The notes under the pieces are model-generated. The model was not told the origin of the DNA and did not search any database. It worked only from the letters and a program-made list of their open reading frames with translations. A program made the position numbers and the translations under genes. This document shows positions 1 through 6,879 of a stretch of 25,260 bases of DNA, one piece after another (positions within the stretch are counted from its first letter, which is position 1; each line of letters opens with the position of its first letter). This DNA comes from a virus (lineage: Duplodnaviria > Caudoviricetes), in IMG/VR virus record IMGVR_UViG_3300037524_000322, positions 1 through 25,260 of that record; one strand, given 5' to 3'.

Positions 1-633
1 ACTCGCTTCAGTAGAGCACTGCTCTGCGATCGGCTCTCCGTAGACTTCCCCTCTACGTTGGATGCAGAGACGGTTATCCGCGGTGGAACCGACCCAGGTG
101 ATGACGAGACCCGGCTTCGCCCCGTCAGTGAGGTTCCGTCTGACGAATGAGTCTTCGAGCAACACGCCATAGATGGCGTCCCACCCCAACTCTGTTCCGT
201 CGTAGTCCACCTCGAACGTGAACCAGAGCGGTGAACGCATGAGTACGTCGCGCCCGAGGACGTGTCGCGGGATGGTCAGGCTGCTCGCCGTTCTGGTCGG
301 CTCTTTCAACCACAGGACGGGCGTCGCCTGGTAGAGAGATACGGCTGCAAGGATGGCTTCGACGTCGTGATCCTTGTATCCAGCAATGATCATGTTCGTG
401 ACCGTCCAAAGCTGCTCGGCAAGGACGTCGTCGACCGCGACGAGTGGGCGATCCTCGATGACCTCGCCAGCAAGCCTGCGCACGGTACGTGCCCGGATCT
501 TCGACAACATCGGATGGCTGATGGAGACTCTCGCAGCCTCTTTGACCAGGTCGTCTACAAGAGACGAAGCGATGGCGACGGTCTCGCCCGTAAACCGCGG
601 GAACTGCGCGATGGCTGCCGCCAATCGGTCCAT
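1..633 (-). CDS. Hypothetical protein, runs off the left edge (MDRLAAAIAQFPRFTGETVAIASS...)
   Basis: Read manually: ATG at 633, 4 nt past the SSB-like gene stop, and 211 codons with no stop to position 1. Not in the ORF track because it is truncated. Confidence 0.75.
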   Translation of the reverse strand, partial: MDRLAAAIAQFPRFTGETVAIASSLVDDLVKEAARVSISHPMLSKIRARTVRRLAGEVIEDRPLVAVDDVLAEQLWTVTNMIIAGYKDHDVEAILAAVSLYQATPVLWLKEPTRTASSLTIPRHVLGRDVLMRSPLWFTFEVDYDGTELGWDAIYGVLLEDSFVRRNLTDGAKPGLVITWVGSTADNRLCIQRRGEVYGEPIAEQCSTEAS

Positions 634-637
634 CGTT

Positions 638-1141
638 CTAGAAAGGGAGGTCACCCGCAGCCGGCGTAGCCGCCACCTGCTCGCGCAGGGGCGGCTTGGC
701 AGCGGGCGCAGTCTTGGCGGGTGCCATGATGGCCGGCACCGCCCCGAGGTTGACGATGCGCACGCCCTTCTCGCCCAGCTCGGTCGTCGCCAGGGCAGCC
801 TTGCCGATGAGGTGCTGCTCGATGTCGATCTCCGCGCCTTCGGGCGCAGCGCGTCCACCGAAGAGCGCGGTCATGTAGCCGAAGAAGGTCGACTTGGGGT
901 GGACGTTGCCGTCCTTCGGCGCCGTCACCCAGGAGTCCCAGATCAGCTGGCCCGTGTACGGGCCGTCGATGATCTCGAACTGCCACTCCTGGACCATGCG
1001 CTTCTGGCCCGGGTTGAAGCTGTCATCGATCTCGCGCGCAGGCTGGATAGCGACGAGCGTCACGACGTGGGGCCCGGGGTCGCTGCCGGTGTAGGCATTC
1101 TCGGGCGGTGTGTAGCCGCTCGTGACGCGGATGGTGGTCAA
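638..1141 (-). CDS. Probable phage single-stranded DNA-binding protein (OB-fold-like, acidic DLPF tail)
   Basis: C-terminus ...AAGDLPF after a Pro/Ala linker is the typical SSB tail. TTG start at 1141 follows a GGAAGGGA RBS. Confidence 0.7.
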   Translation of the reverse strand: MTTIRVTSGYTPPENAYTGSDPGPHVVTLVAIQPAREIDDSFNPGQKRMVQEWQFEIIDGPYTGQLIWDSWVTAPKDGNVHPKSTFFGYMTALFGGRAAPEGAEIDIEQHLIGKAALATTELGEKGVRIVNLGAVPAIMAPAKTAPAAKPPLREQVAATPAAGDLPF

Positions 1142-1191
1142 TGGTCTGTCCCTTCCGTTGGATGGCGTGTGCGTGGATACCTGCCCGGGGC

Positions 1192-1365
1192 CTATCGCGT
1201 CTCGATACGCACCTCCCGCCGATGCGCCTCGCGGCTGCACTCCATGCGTGCGCCGACGAGATACCGGCAGCGCACGACCTGGTCATCGCGGTCGCGCTTG
1301 GCGACCTGGGTGAGCAGCGTCGTGTGCCCTTGTGAGCAGACGAAGACCGTGACGACGTCCGTCAT
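1192..1365 (-). CDS. Small Cys/His protein (57 aa, MTDVVTVFVCSQGH...), possible Zn ribbon
   Basis: ATG overlaps the upstream stop (TGATG at 1363-1367); CxxGH...C...C pattern. Confidence 0.6.
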   Translation of the reverse strand: MTDVVTVFVCSQGHTTLLTQVAKRDRDDQVVRCRYLVGARMECSREAHRREVRIETR

Positions 1366-1445
1366 CACGGCCGCCACGCGATCGCGAACAGGCCAAGCAG
1401 GCCGATGACCGTCAGGAGTGAGCAGAACGTCGCGGCGTGCTTCAT
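1365..1445 (-). CDS. 26-aa hydrophobic micro-protein (MKHAATFCSLLTVIGLLGLFAIAWRP)
   Basis: Coupled at both ends (ATGA at 1442-1445, TGATG at 1363-1367); one transmembrane-like stretch. Confidence 0.55.
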   Translation of the reverse strand: MKHAATFCSLLTVIGLLGLFAIAWRP

Positions 1446-1597
1446 GACGTGGTCCCTTGCCTTCGAGTGCTGCATCGGTGCGGGCGTCGGCCCGCGTCGT
1501 TGACGAGGACCAGCCCTTCGGGCTTGCGCACCCAGCGGACCAGCGCCTTGCACTGCTGGCAGCGGATGGGGCCAAGGAGAGTGGGGAACTTGCTCAT
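1442..1597 (-). CDS. Small Zn-finger-like protein (51 aa, MSKFPTLLGPIRCQQCKALVRW...PHRC)
   Basis: CxxC...HxC motif; AGAGAGGA RBS; ATGA overlaps at both ends. Confidence 0.7.
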   Translation of the reverse strand: MSKFPTLLGPIRCQQCKALVRWVRKPEGLVLVNDAGRRPHRCSTRRQGTTS

Positions 1598-1758
1598 GCA
1601 GCCGTCCTCTCTCTTCGTGGCAGGACGGGGTGGCTCGCCCGAGGGGTCATGGCGCACCCCGTCCTGCCCAGGTCGAGCCCGGAGGGTAGGTCTAGGCTCT
1701 TCCACGGACCCAGCCCGTCCTCGTGGCACGAGAGTGGCGTCGAGTCCTGATGTGTCAT
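1594..1758 (-). CDS. Possible 54-aa ORF (MTHQDSTPL...), may be a leader peptide over structured RNA
   Basis: ATGA-coupled to both neighbours, but has no recognisable motif and overlaps a strong hairpin. Confidence 0.35.
   Translation of the reverse strand: MTHQDSTPLSCHEDGLGPWKSLDLPSGLDLGRTGCAMTPRASHPVLPRRERTAA
1619..1668. repeat. 14-bp perfect inverted repeat (GGCAGGACGGGGTG / CACCCCGTCCTGCC), 22-nt loop
   Basis: Arms at 1619-1632 and 1655-1668, read directly. Confidence 0.85.
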
Positions 1759-2447
1759 GCCGCCGTCCCCTTGAGGCCGCGGGCCACCCGACTGGCCTCG
1801 GTGGCCCGCGCGATCCGCGCAGCTCGTTCCGCTGGCGTGTAGCGAGCCCAGACGGCTGCCATGCGTCTGCTGTCCGAGCCGGGCTGGCGGTATCCGTTGC
1901 GTGGCTTCGGCAGGACCGGCTCCCCTTCGCGCATGGCCTCGCGGAGCGGCAGCGGGCTGCCCGGCCGCAGGTCGCATCCCGGGGTGGTGCAGCGCCCGGA
2001 CGGCTCGCAGCCGCGGCAGTAGGCGTCGACGGCCCGCTGGAGGACCGAGAGGCGTCTCTCTGCCACCGCCGCACGGGCACGGCGGTCCACCCCGACGCGC
2101 CCCTTCTGCGCCACGTCCTGGCAGGACGGCGAACAGTAGAGCCGGTTGTCGGAGCCTGAGTCGTCCACGAACTCCACGCCGTCCACGAGGCACGCACGTC
2201 GTCGGAGCTCGGCGGCCAGCGACTCCAGCCCCGGTGCCTCGAGCGCCAGGGCCAGCCTCCTGGCCGTCTCCAGCCGGGGCAGGACGCGACCGTTGCGCCA
2301 GTTCGTCACCGACGAGCGCGACATCCCCATGGCGTCCGCGATGGTGTGGCTTCCCACGTTGCGAGCCTTCATGGCCCGCTCGAGCGCGCGACCGAACCGG
2401 ACGGCGCGGTCGCGCTTGCGGGACCCCTCCGCGATCAGGTACGTCAT
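1755..2447 (-). CDS. XRE-family HTH protein with Cys-rich C-terminal region (230 aa)
   Basis: FGRALERAMKARNVGSHTIADAMGMSRSSVTNWRNGRVLP is an XRE HTH; YCSPSC and CxxC..C....C clusters follow. ATG at 2447 overlaps the upstream stop. Confidence 0.85.
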   Translation of the reverse strand: MTYLIAEGSRKRDRAVRFGRALERAMKARNVGSHTIADAMGMSRSSVTNWRNGRVLPRLETARRLALALEAPGLESLAAELRRRACLVDGVEFVDDSGSDNRLYCSPSCQDVAQKGRVGVDRRARAAVAERRLSVLQRAVDAYCRGCEPSGRCTTPGCDLRPGSPLPLREAMREGEPVLPKPRNGYRQPGSDSRRMAAVWARYTPAERAARIARATEASRVARGLKGTAA

Positions 2448-2896
2448 GCCGCCCGCACCCGGTGCCGGCGCACGTAGCTCTCGCTGACGCCGACCTGGCG
2501 GGCGATGTCCACCGCCCGAGCTCCGCCGGCACTGAGCCGGACGATGGCGGCTCGCCGCTCCTGGGCCGTCCTGGTTCGCCGCTCGCCGGCGCCGTTCAGC
2601 CGGCCGTTGAGGTGCTCCCAGACCGTCGACCTCGAGACGCCGAGCGTCTGGGCGATGGCCTTCTGGGTGTAGCCGTCCCGGTACAGAGCGGCGATGGTCT
2701 CGGCCCTGGTCGCCGGCTTGGTGTAGCCCACGGTGCCCGGCTGCGAATCGCAGCGGTCCTGGGCTCGCATCGCCGCGGCGAAGGCCTTGGTGCAGTCGAC
2801 GCACGGCGAGAGCGCCCGCGTCGCCCAGCAGAGCCGGTTGATGTCCTGCCAGCCCTCGTATTCGGCATCGTCCATGCAAGGTGGCCGATCGCTCAC
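2444..2896 (-). CDS. DNA-binding protein: Cys-rich N-terminus plus two tandem HTH motifs
   Basis: GYTQKAIAQTLGVSRSTVWEHL and GARAVDIARQVGVSESYVRRH; PCVDC motif; GTGA overlap start. Confidence 0.85.
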   Translation of the reverse strand: MSDRPPCMDDAEYEGWQDINRLCWATRALSPCVDCTKAFAAAMRAQDRCDSQPGTVGYTKPATRAETIAALYRDGYTQKAIAQTLGVSRSTVWEHLNGRLNGAGERRTRTAQERRAAIVRLSAGGARAVDIARQVGVSESYVRRHRVRAA

Positions 2897-3126
2897 GCCG
2901 CGCCCGCCTTCACGGCCTCGTGCATGGCGAGGGCGCGTCCCCAGCCGCAGTCGCAGGACTCGGGGCTGTCCACGATGCCGTCGAAGCGCACGCCGGCGCA
3001 GGCAGGCTGGTGTGCGCCCGCCTCGGCCAGCCGCTCGGCATCGGCGGCCAGCTCCGTCACGGTCTCGTCGATGGCGTCCACGAGCTCCACGTCCACGGCG
3101 TCCTCGAACAGTTCACTCAGCCTCAT
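2893..3126 (-). CDS. Hypothetical acidic protein (77 aa, MRLSELFEDA...CDCG)
   Basis: ATG at 3126 after a GGAGAGGGG RBS; stop overlaps the next start. Confidence 0.7.
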   Translation of the reverse strand: MRLSELFEDAVDVELVDAIDETVTELAADAERLAEAGAHQPACAGVRFDGIVDSPESCDCGWGRALAMHEAVKAGAA

Positions 3127-3140
3127 CCCCTCTCCCTCCC

Positions 3141-3275
3141 TCACGCGATGGCGTGGATGGCGACTCCCCCGCCGAAGACCAGGCAGGCCAGCAGCAGCAC
3201 GAGCCAGCCGATGCGCGTCAGGGCCGGGTCGAGGGCTTCGAGCAGCTCGTCCACGCGGTCCTCGAGGGGGGTCAT
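3141..3275 (-). CDS. 44-aa single-pass membrane protein ([44 protein letters not shown])
   Basis: Read manually. ATGA overlap with the HNH stop; fills the gap; C-terminal hydrophobic helix. Confidence 0.65.
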   Translation of the reverse strand: MTPLEDRVDELLEALDPALTRIGWLVLLLACLVFGGGVAIHAIA

Positions 3276-3835
3276 GCGACGTGTCCCCACGTCTTGCCCC
3301 AGATGACGTTGTCGATGGTCGAAGCCGCGACGCCGATGGACCGGGCTATCGAGGGACGCGACTCACCAAGAGCCGCGCGCTCCCTGATCTGGCGCACCAA
3401 CTCATCGGTCAGCTTCGACTGTCCGTGTCGCTCTCCACGCAGCCCGCTCCCGTGACCGACCGTCCATCCACGAAGGCGCCCCTTCGTAGCCGCGTCGCGC
3501 ATGTTGTCGGCCGCCGTTCCGAGGAACAGATGCGACGGGTTGACGCACGGTGGGTTGTCGCAGTGATGGCAGACATCCAGTCCGTCAGGCACCGGGCCAT
3601 AGGTCAACTCCCAGGCGTAGCGGTGCGCCTTGACGTTGTGCTCGTCTCTGACCCTGAAGTTCCCATACCCAGTGCTGGTACGAGCACCAGTCCATATCCA
3701 GCACGACTTCTGTCCGACCCCACGGTCCACCTTCCGCCAGAAGTGAGCCTCGGCAGGGATGGGATGGATGCGCGAGTGGCCGCCGGTATGGGTCGTGAAC
3801 TCCGCGCCACAGTCAGAGCAGATGTAGGGCGTCAT
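3272..3835 (-). CDS. HNH homing-type endonuclease with C-terminal HTH
   Basis: CWIWTG...GYG...[45 protein letters not shown], then [10 protein letters not shown] and an HTH. Confidence 0.93.
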   Translation of the reverse strand: MTPYICSDCGAEFTTHTGGHSRIHPIPAEAHFWRKVDRGVGQKSCWIWTGARTSTGYGNFRVRDEHNVKAHRYAWELTYGPVPDGLDVCHHCDNPPCVNPSHLFLGTAADNMRDAATKGRLRGWTVGHGSGLRGERHGQSKLTDELVRQIRERAALGESRPSIARSIGVAASTIDNVIWGKTWGHVA

Positions 3836-4059
3836 GCCACGTCACCACGCGGTCGGCCCCGGTGGGCGGGCTCGATGCCGTAGCGGCGGAACCAGCGCAC
3901 GACCGAGAGGCGGGAGACGCCGAGCTTGTCCGCGATCTCCTGCTGCGTCCAGCCGAGCGAGTTGTACCCGCGCAGCAGCTCCTCGACTGGCAGCCGATGG
4001 CGCATCTCGATGAGTTCCTGGGTGGCCGAGAGGGGCTGCGGGTCTGCCTCTTGCGTCAT
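3832..4059 (-). CDS. Cro-like HTH regulator
   Basis: [27 protein letters not shown]; first gene of the leftward early operon, divergent from the repressor. Confidence 0.85.
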   Translation of the reverse strand: MTQEADPQPLSATQELIEMRHRLPVEELLRGYNSLGWTQQEIADKLGVSRLSVVRWFRRYGIEPAHRGRPRGDVA

Positions 4060-4064
4060 GGTGG

Positions 4065-4080
4065 TAGTGTTGTAACACTA
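4065..4080. promoter_or_regulatory. Operator-like palindrome TAGTGTT-GT-AACACTA
   Basis: Perfect 7-bp inverted repeat, AT-rich in a GC-rich genome, between divergent HTH genes and overlapping the predicted -10 of the cro promoter. Confidence 0.75.
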
Positions 4081-4098
4081 GACACACCGCTATGTCAA
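4069..4098 (-). promoter_or_regulatory. Early (cro) promoter: TTGACA-N18-TACAAC with TGn extension
   Basis: Consensus -35 at 4093-4098; -10 at 4069-4074, 9 nt before the cro ATG, which has no SD. Confidence 0.6.
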
Positions 4099-4151
4099 GG
4101 GGACCAATGCTAGACCCGGCATGGGTGCACGGAGACATACACTGGGAGGTC

Positions 4152-4463
4152 GTGAACGACGAGGGGAGGCAGCGGCTGGCCTACGCCATCCGCGCTGCGC
4201 GACAGAGTCGCGGCCTGACGGTCGAGCAGTTGGCGGACGCGCTGGGCGTCGTGCCTGCGACCGTCTATGCCTGGGAGCAGCACCGCAAGGTGCCCAGCAT
4301 CCTCATGCTCGGCCCGCTCTGCGATGCCCTCGGCGTCAACGCCGAGCTGTTCCGCGTGCTCCCCGAGGAGCCGCCCTCTCCCGTGGAGGCGTATCTGGTG
4401 CCGGCGGCGCAGGAGGGCGCTCGCGAAGGAGTGCATCGAGCCGTCGGGCGTAGACCTCGGTGA
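4152..4463 (+). CDS. CI-like immunity repressor (XRE HTH); start uncertain (4092, 4107 or 4152)
   Basis: IRAARQSRGLTVEQLADALGVVPATVYAWEQHRKVPSILMLGPLCDALGV; divergent from cro. TACACT at 4138-4143 favours a leaderless GTG start at 4152. Confidence 0.88.
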   Translation: MNDEGRQRLAYAIRAARQSRGLTVEQLADALGVVPATVYAWEQHRKVPSILMLGPLCDALGVNAELFRVLPEEPPSPVEAYLVPAAQEGAREGVHRAVGRRPR

Positions 4464-4585
4464 TGTTGGCGATGGCCTCGCGGTACTCGGCCAGTAGCTC
4501 GTCCATGGATCGCAGGGTCACGCAAGGCTGTGCCAGTTACGTGGCACGAGTGGTGACGGCAGGCACCATAAGCGGAGGAAGATCG

Positions 4586-5116
4586 ATGCGAGCCGTTACG
4601 ATGCTGGTGCTCTCGGGGATATTGGTCGCGGGCTGTGGCTCGACGCTCGCTCAGTCGCCCGCGCCGGCAGACACATGGCCGACGCCAGCGCTGCTGCGTC
4701 AGGCATTGGCCGACGACGGGTGGGGGTGGACGGCCGACGGCAGCCTGTGGTTCGGCGGGCGCGATACGCCCGCGCTGGCCATGTCCATCACGCAGCCGCT
4801 CTACGTGAGCATCCGCCCTGTGACGATGTGGGGCTACGCGCTCCTGTCGTGGGAAGAGCAGCAGGCATCGGGCTGGACAGCGTTCATGGAGGTGGCCGAA
4901 CGCCTGCCGATCGATGCCGAGACACTGCGAGCCATCACCGACCAGCTGACCGACGGCGGATGCCGGGACTACCCGCTCCCTGGCGGGATGCTGACCTTCG
5001 ATGCTCGCCTGCGGGAGTACGGCGCCATCACCGTCGCAGAGGGCGGAGAACCTAGTTGCGACCGACCGGCACCGGAGTCGGTGGCGCCTGATGCCGGGGA
5101 GTCGCCGGCATCGTGA
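4586..5116 (+). CDS. Predicted lipoprotein (possible superinfection exclusion or lysogenic conversion)
   Basis: GGAGG RBS; MRAVTMLVLSGILVAG-C signal peptide with lipobox; co-oriented with the repressor. Confidence 0.75.
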   Translation: MRAVTMLVLSGILVAGCGSTLAQSPAPADTWPTPALLRQALADDGWGWTADGSLWFGGRDTPALAMSITQPLYVSIRPVTMWGYALLSWEEQQASGWTAFMEVAERLPIDAETLRAITDQLTDGGCRDYPLPGGMLTFDARLREYGAITVAEGGEPSCDRPAPESVAPDAGESPAS

Positions 5117-5134
5117 TGCCACTCCGCGGCGGGG

Positions 5135-5809
5135 TCATGACGTGGTGTAGATGATGTCCGCGTAGAGCTGCGACCCGTCCGACAGGTCCGAGTTCAGGAG
5201 CGGCGCACCAGCGGTATACCAGGAGACGTGCCAGCCCCCATTGGCCACGATCCCGGTGATATCCCAGGCGGTCCCGGCCCAGTAGGAGGTATGGGCGCCG
5301 CCGGGGTAGTCGCCCACACCAGGGAAGGGAAGCCCGCCCATGAAGAGCTGGCCCGTGGATGAGCCCTTCGTCGTGAAGGTGACCGCGACCCGGCAGCTGA
5401 CGAGGTCGCCCTGCCGGACATAGGTCCCGCTGGTCGTGTAGGCCATGCCGGTGGTCCCGTTGTAGAAATACCAGCGTGGGTCGAATGACCCCTGGCTAGA
5501 GGGGATAGCCGGAGCCGTCATCCAGCTCGGCCGCTGGCGCCCTTCGCGCCCGAGCGTGGCGATGGCGAACATGAGCCCGTCGCCACGACGGAGCACGAGC
5601 ACGTCATCGCCCGGCTGTGGTGCCATGTCCACGCCGTAGGCGATGTTGGGCGTCGTTTCGGCAAGACCATCCAGCACGGCCGTCAGGCGATAGACGTCGG
5701 CCGAGACCGTGACGACGGTCCCACGCATGACGCCGAGTGGCTGCATGTTGCCGAACGCCAGCGCGATGCGTCGGTCGATGGCGGCGAAGAGGTCGCGCTG
5801 GTCGCTCAT
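5135..5809 (-). CDS. Tail tip protein: N-terminal spike/OB-like domain plus C-terminal receptor-binding-head-like domain (224 aa)
   Basis: RGTVVTV...PQPGDDVLVLR N-domain; GTYVRQGDLV...GLPFP...IIY C-domain; ATGA overlap at 5806-5809; last gene of the tail operon. Confidence 0.75.
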   Translation of the reverse strand: MSDQRDLFAAIDRRIALAFGNMQPLGVMRGTVVTVSADVYRLTAVLDGLAETTPNIAYGVDMAPQPGDDVLVLRRGDGLMFAIATLGREGRQRPSWMTAPAIPSSQGSFDPRWYFYNGTTGMAYTTSGTYVRQGDLVSCRVAVTFTTKGSSTGQLFMGGLPFPGVGDYPGGAHTSYWAGTAWDITGIVANGGWHVSWYTAGAPLLNSDLSDGSQLYADIIYTTS

Positions 5810-6879
5810 GGTGCGAACAGCGGCACGACGCGGCTGGCCGTGAACGACATGCTGCCGGTCGTGATAGGCAGTGTCAGGCGGTCGATGCGGTAGGCGGCGT
5901 CGGTGCGGGTGCGCGGTTCGATGACCGCGACGACGTCCCCGGCGTCCAGCGTGAGGTCGGGGATGCCCGACCATTCGATGCTGTCGCGCCACAGGCAGCG
6001 GTCGGCCAGCAGGCGCTGCGCGAGCGTCTGCGCCTGATGCGCGGTCGCCACCTGGGCCGAGCGATACGTCGCCGCGGCCCGGCGTCCGATGCGCGACTCG
6101 TGGTGGATGTGCGATGGGTCGGTGATGGATGCCGTGCCACGCACGACGGGCTGGTCGACCGGCTCACCGATGACCACCTGGAAGTTGACCGGGCGCCAGT
6201 CGGTGCCTCGTGAGAGCTCCACGGCCCGGGCCTCACCCTCTGACTGGCGCAGCGTGGTCGCGATGGGCAGCGCCGTCGGGTCGACGTAGGGCCGCAGCGT
6301 GACCACGCCCTCGCGGCTCATGTAGACGTCGAGGGACAGGTCGGCCATGAGCGACACGCCGGCGCCGAGACGGTCCTCGTCCTCGAGGTACGTCCGGGCC
6401 GTGCGCAGGACCATGCTCGCGTCATCGAGGTCCCAGGCCGCCGTCGGCCCGAGCACAGGTTCCCAGAGGTGCCGCAGCGCGTCGGAGGCGCGCACGCCGA
6501 CCCCGATGGTCACGACTTCGCCGAAGGCCCGTTGCAGGGTCGTGCTGGGGTCCTCTCCGCGGATGCTGATCCGGCCCCCCATGTCGGCCCTTGCGTCGAG
6601 GATCTCATAGGTGCCCAGCGTGGTCCACGTCGTCCGGTCACCGCGAACCTCCCCGCGGTCCACGGTGAGGCGCGCACCCGTCGCCAGCTCGTCGGAGCCG
6701 GACGCCGGAGCCATGACGCCGAGCCGATCCACGATGTCCAGGCTGAGGCTGCGCCTGACCTCGCGCTCGCGGTCATAGGTGACGCTGCCAGAGAGGATGA
6801 TGGCGTCCGACTCGTAGGTCGCCCGCACCCCGCCGTCCGTCTCATAGGTGACGAGCCGGGCACGAGCCTCAAGCGTCAT
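5806..6879 (-). CDS. Minor tail / baseplate hub protein
   Basis: GSVTYDREREVRRSLSLDI, LGTYEI, LDAGDVVAV...YRIDRLTLP resemble hub proteins of high-GC siphoviruses; position fits. Confidence 0.82.
   Translation of the reverse strand: MTLEARARLVTYETDGGVRATYESDAIILSGSVTYDREREVRRSLSLDIVDRLGVMAPASGSDELATGARLTVDRGEVRGDRTTWTTLGTYEILDARADMGGRISIRGEDPSTTLQRAFGEVVTIGVGVRASDALRHLWEPVLGPTAAWDLDDASMVLRTARTYLEDEDRLGAGVSLMADLSLDVYMSREGVVTLRPYVDPTALPIATTLRQSEGEARAVELSRGTDWRPVNFQVVIGEPVDQPVVRGTASITDPSHIHHESRIGRRAAATYRSAQVATAHQAQTLAQRLLADRCLWRDSIEWSGIPDLTLDAGDVVAVIEPRTRTDAAYRIDRLTLPITTGSMSFTASRVVPLFAP

Noticed and set aside
2444-2896. WhiB-family call for the Cys-rich protein
   Set aside because: Four Cys are present, but spacing differs and the G(V/I)WGG motif is missing.
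1901-3883. Long plus-strand ORFs (660 aa here; also 16185-18212, 9182-10753, 18488-19930, 374-1408)
   Set aside because: Antisense shadows of well-supported minus-strand genes, common in high-GC DNA; no motifs.
1722-4550. Shared CGTGGCACGAG at 1722-1732 and 4540-4550 (core also at 22393-22401)
   Set aside because: A 9-11 bp GC-rich match is expected by chance in 25 kb, and the core also occurs inside coding sequence.
4520-4556. Sigma54-like TGGCAC...TTGC promoter
   Set aside because: Minus-strand GG-to-GC spacing is 9 rather than the required 10; the plus-strand copy lacks the -12 GC.
5135-5520. Diversity-generating retroelement target in the tail-tip C-terminus
   Set aside because: No reverse transcriptase and no template repeat copy seen in the window.
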